From: Chiloscyllium plagiosum
Taxonomy: Eukaryota
Reading direction: 5' to 3'
NCBI RefSeq assembly: GCF_004010195.1
Contig: NC_057750.1
Location: forward strand, 2,796,112 to 2,860,111
DNA length: 64,000 nt
Translations under genes and position numbers: made by a program
The notes under the pieces: model-generated
Databases searched by the model: none
The model's input: only the letters and a program-made list of their open reading frames with translations
Told to the model about the DNA's origin: nothing
Part shown: one piece after another, positions 62,653 to 64,000 of the stretch
How the letters are laid out: each line of letters opens with the position of its first letter
Numbering within the stretch: position 1 is the first letter of the stretch

Positions 62653-62974
62653 GCTATGTGGAGGCTAACACACAGAGGATTCATGACTTCCTCAGGCCCT
62701 GTGAACACTGTACCCACCATGTTTCGACAGTTTGATATGACTCAGCATTGTTAAATAAAATGTTTTCCACCAGATTAAGCTCATTCACAAACTCAGTGTG
62801 TCCTCAAAGGTTTCACCACTGATATTTTAAAGTCACTGTTTCCATGTAGAAAGTGAAGCAGACGATTGTACACAGCAAGATCCCGTTACTAGTTTGTTGA
62901 TGTTTATTGAGGTCAGAACATTGAGCCAGCGAACCCTCCCACCCTTCGTGTCAAGACTGGATCTCCCTCCAACA

Positions 62975-64000
62975 ATACTGTCTCTCCGACAGTACTGACC
63001 CTCTGACAGTGCGGCACTCCCTCAGCACTGACCCTCTGACAGTGCGGCACTCCCTCAGTACTGACCCTCTGACAGTGCGGCATTCCCTCAGCACTGACCC
63101 TCTGACAGTGCGACACTCCCTCAGCACTGACCCTCCGACAGTGCGGCATTCCCTCAGCACTGACCCTCTGACAGTGCGACACTCCCTCAGCACTGACCCT
63201 CCGACAGTGCGGCATTCCCTCAGCACTGACCCTCTGACAGTGCGACACTCCCTCAGCACTGACCCTCCGGCAGTGTGGCACTCACTCTGCACTGACCCTC
63301 CGACAGTGCAGCGTTCCCTCAGCACTGACTTCCGACAGTGCGGCATTCCCTCAACACTGACCTCCGACAGTGCGGCGGTCCCTCAGCACTGACCCTCTGA
63401 CAGTGTGGCACTCCCTCAGCACTGGCCCTCTGAGAGTGCGGCACTCCCTCAGCACTGACCCTCCGATAGTGTGACACTCCCTCATCACTGACCCTCCGGC
63501 AGTGTGGCACTCACTCTGCACTGACCCTCCGACAGTGCAGCGTTCCCTCAGCACTGACTTCCGACAGTGCGGCATTCCCTCAACACTGACCTCCACAGTG
63601 CAGCACTCCCTCAGCACTGACTCTCTGACAGTGCAGCACTCCCTCAGCACTGGCCCTCTGACAGTGTAGCATTCCCTCAGCACTGATCCTCTGACAGTGC
63701 GGCACTCCCTCAGCATTGACCCTCTGACAGTGCAGCATTCCCTCAGCACTGATTCTCTGATAGTGCGACACTCCCTCAGCACTGACTCTCCGACAGTGCG
63801 GCGCTCCCTCAGTACTGACCGTCTGAGAGTGCGGCACTCCCTCAGCACTGACCCTCCGACAGGTGGCACTCCCTCATCACTGACCCTCCGACAGTGCGGC
63901 ATTCCCTCAACACTGACCCTCCGACAGTGCGGCATTCCCTCAACACTGACCTCCGACAGTGCGGCGGTCCCTCAGCACTGACCCTCTGACAGTGTGGCAC
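62975..64000. repeat. 33-bp minisatellite (CTGACCCTCYGACAGTGCGGCACTCCCTCAGCA)n, runs off window end
   Basis: Direct reading; about 31 units; the 11-codon period explains the repetitive ORFs. Confidence 0.97.

Noticed and set aside
56892..62735. Very long ORFs (up to 1581 aa) on both strands
   Set aside because: Translations of a nearly stop-free 20/22-bp minisatellite; open in many frames at once with no domain or gene structure.
62913..63981. Cys/His-periodic ORFs that look like zinc fingers
   Set aside because: 11-codon period of a SINE-derived 33-bp tandem repeat, open in several frames.
56971..64000. CRISPR-like array
   Set aside because: Head-to-tail units with no unique spacers, no cas genes, and a vertebrate context.

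Overview
Eukaryotic, repeat-dense genomic DNA. The repeat complement (HE1-type SINEs, CR1/HER1 LINEs, SacSINE1/Deu-type SINEs, Penelope fragments) points to a shark or other elasmobranch; this is an inference. One complete protein-coding gene can be assembled by hand on the minus strand: a BH3-only pro-apoptotic gene, most likely bbc3/PUMA. Its three phase-compatible coding exons (18752-18533, 13590-13418, 4800-4699) give 164 aa with BH3 motif IGIQLRQMADQLH and a Trp-rich hydrophobic tail. It has a likely non-coding first exon ending at 23357 and a repeat-free 3'UTR of about 2.5 kb ending at an AATAAA (2171-2166). Regulatory evidence supports the call: a perfect 20/20 p53 element in intron 2 (17672-17691), a promoter p53 element resembling the human PUMA site next to NF-kB, CRE and AP-1 motifs, and 8mer miR-221/222 and miR-125 sites in the UTR. 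The 40 kb upstream has no recognisable gene. It holds retroelement debris, a few repeat-free candidate enhancers, a CTCF-like site, an N gap, a 5.7 kb 20/22-bp minisatellite and a 33-bp minisatellite apparently born inside a SINE. Beyond the gene, the most unusual signals are short Penelope-derived pieces carrying minimal hammerhead-ribozyme motifs (some with target-site duplications) and two apparent locally templated insertions. Repeat boundaries are approximate and family names come from recognition, not database searches. The very long ORFs at 57-64 kb are tandem-repeat artefacts.
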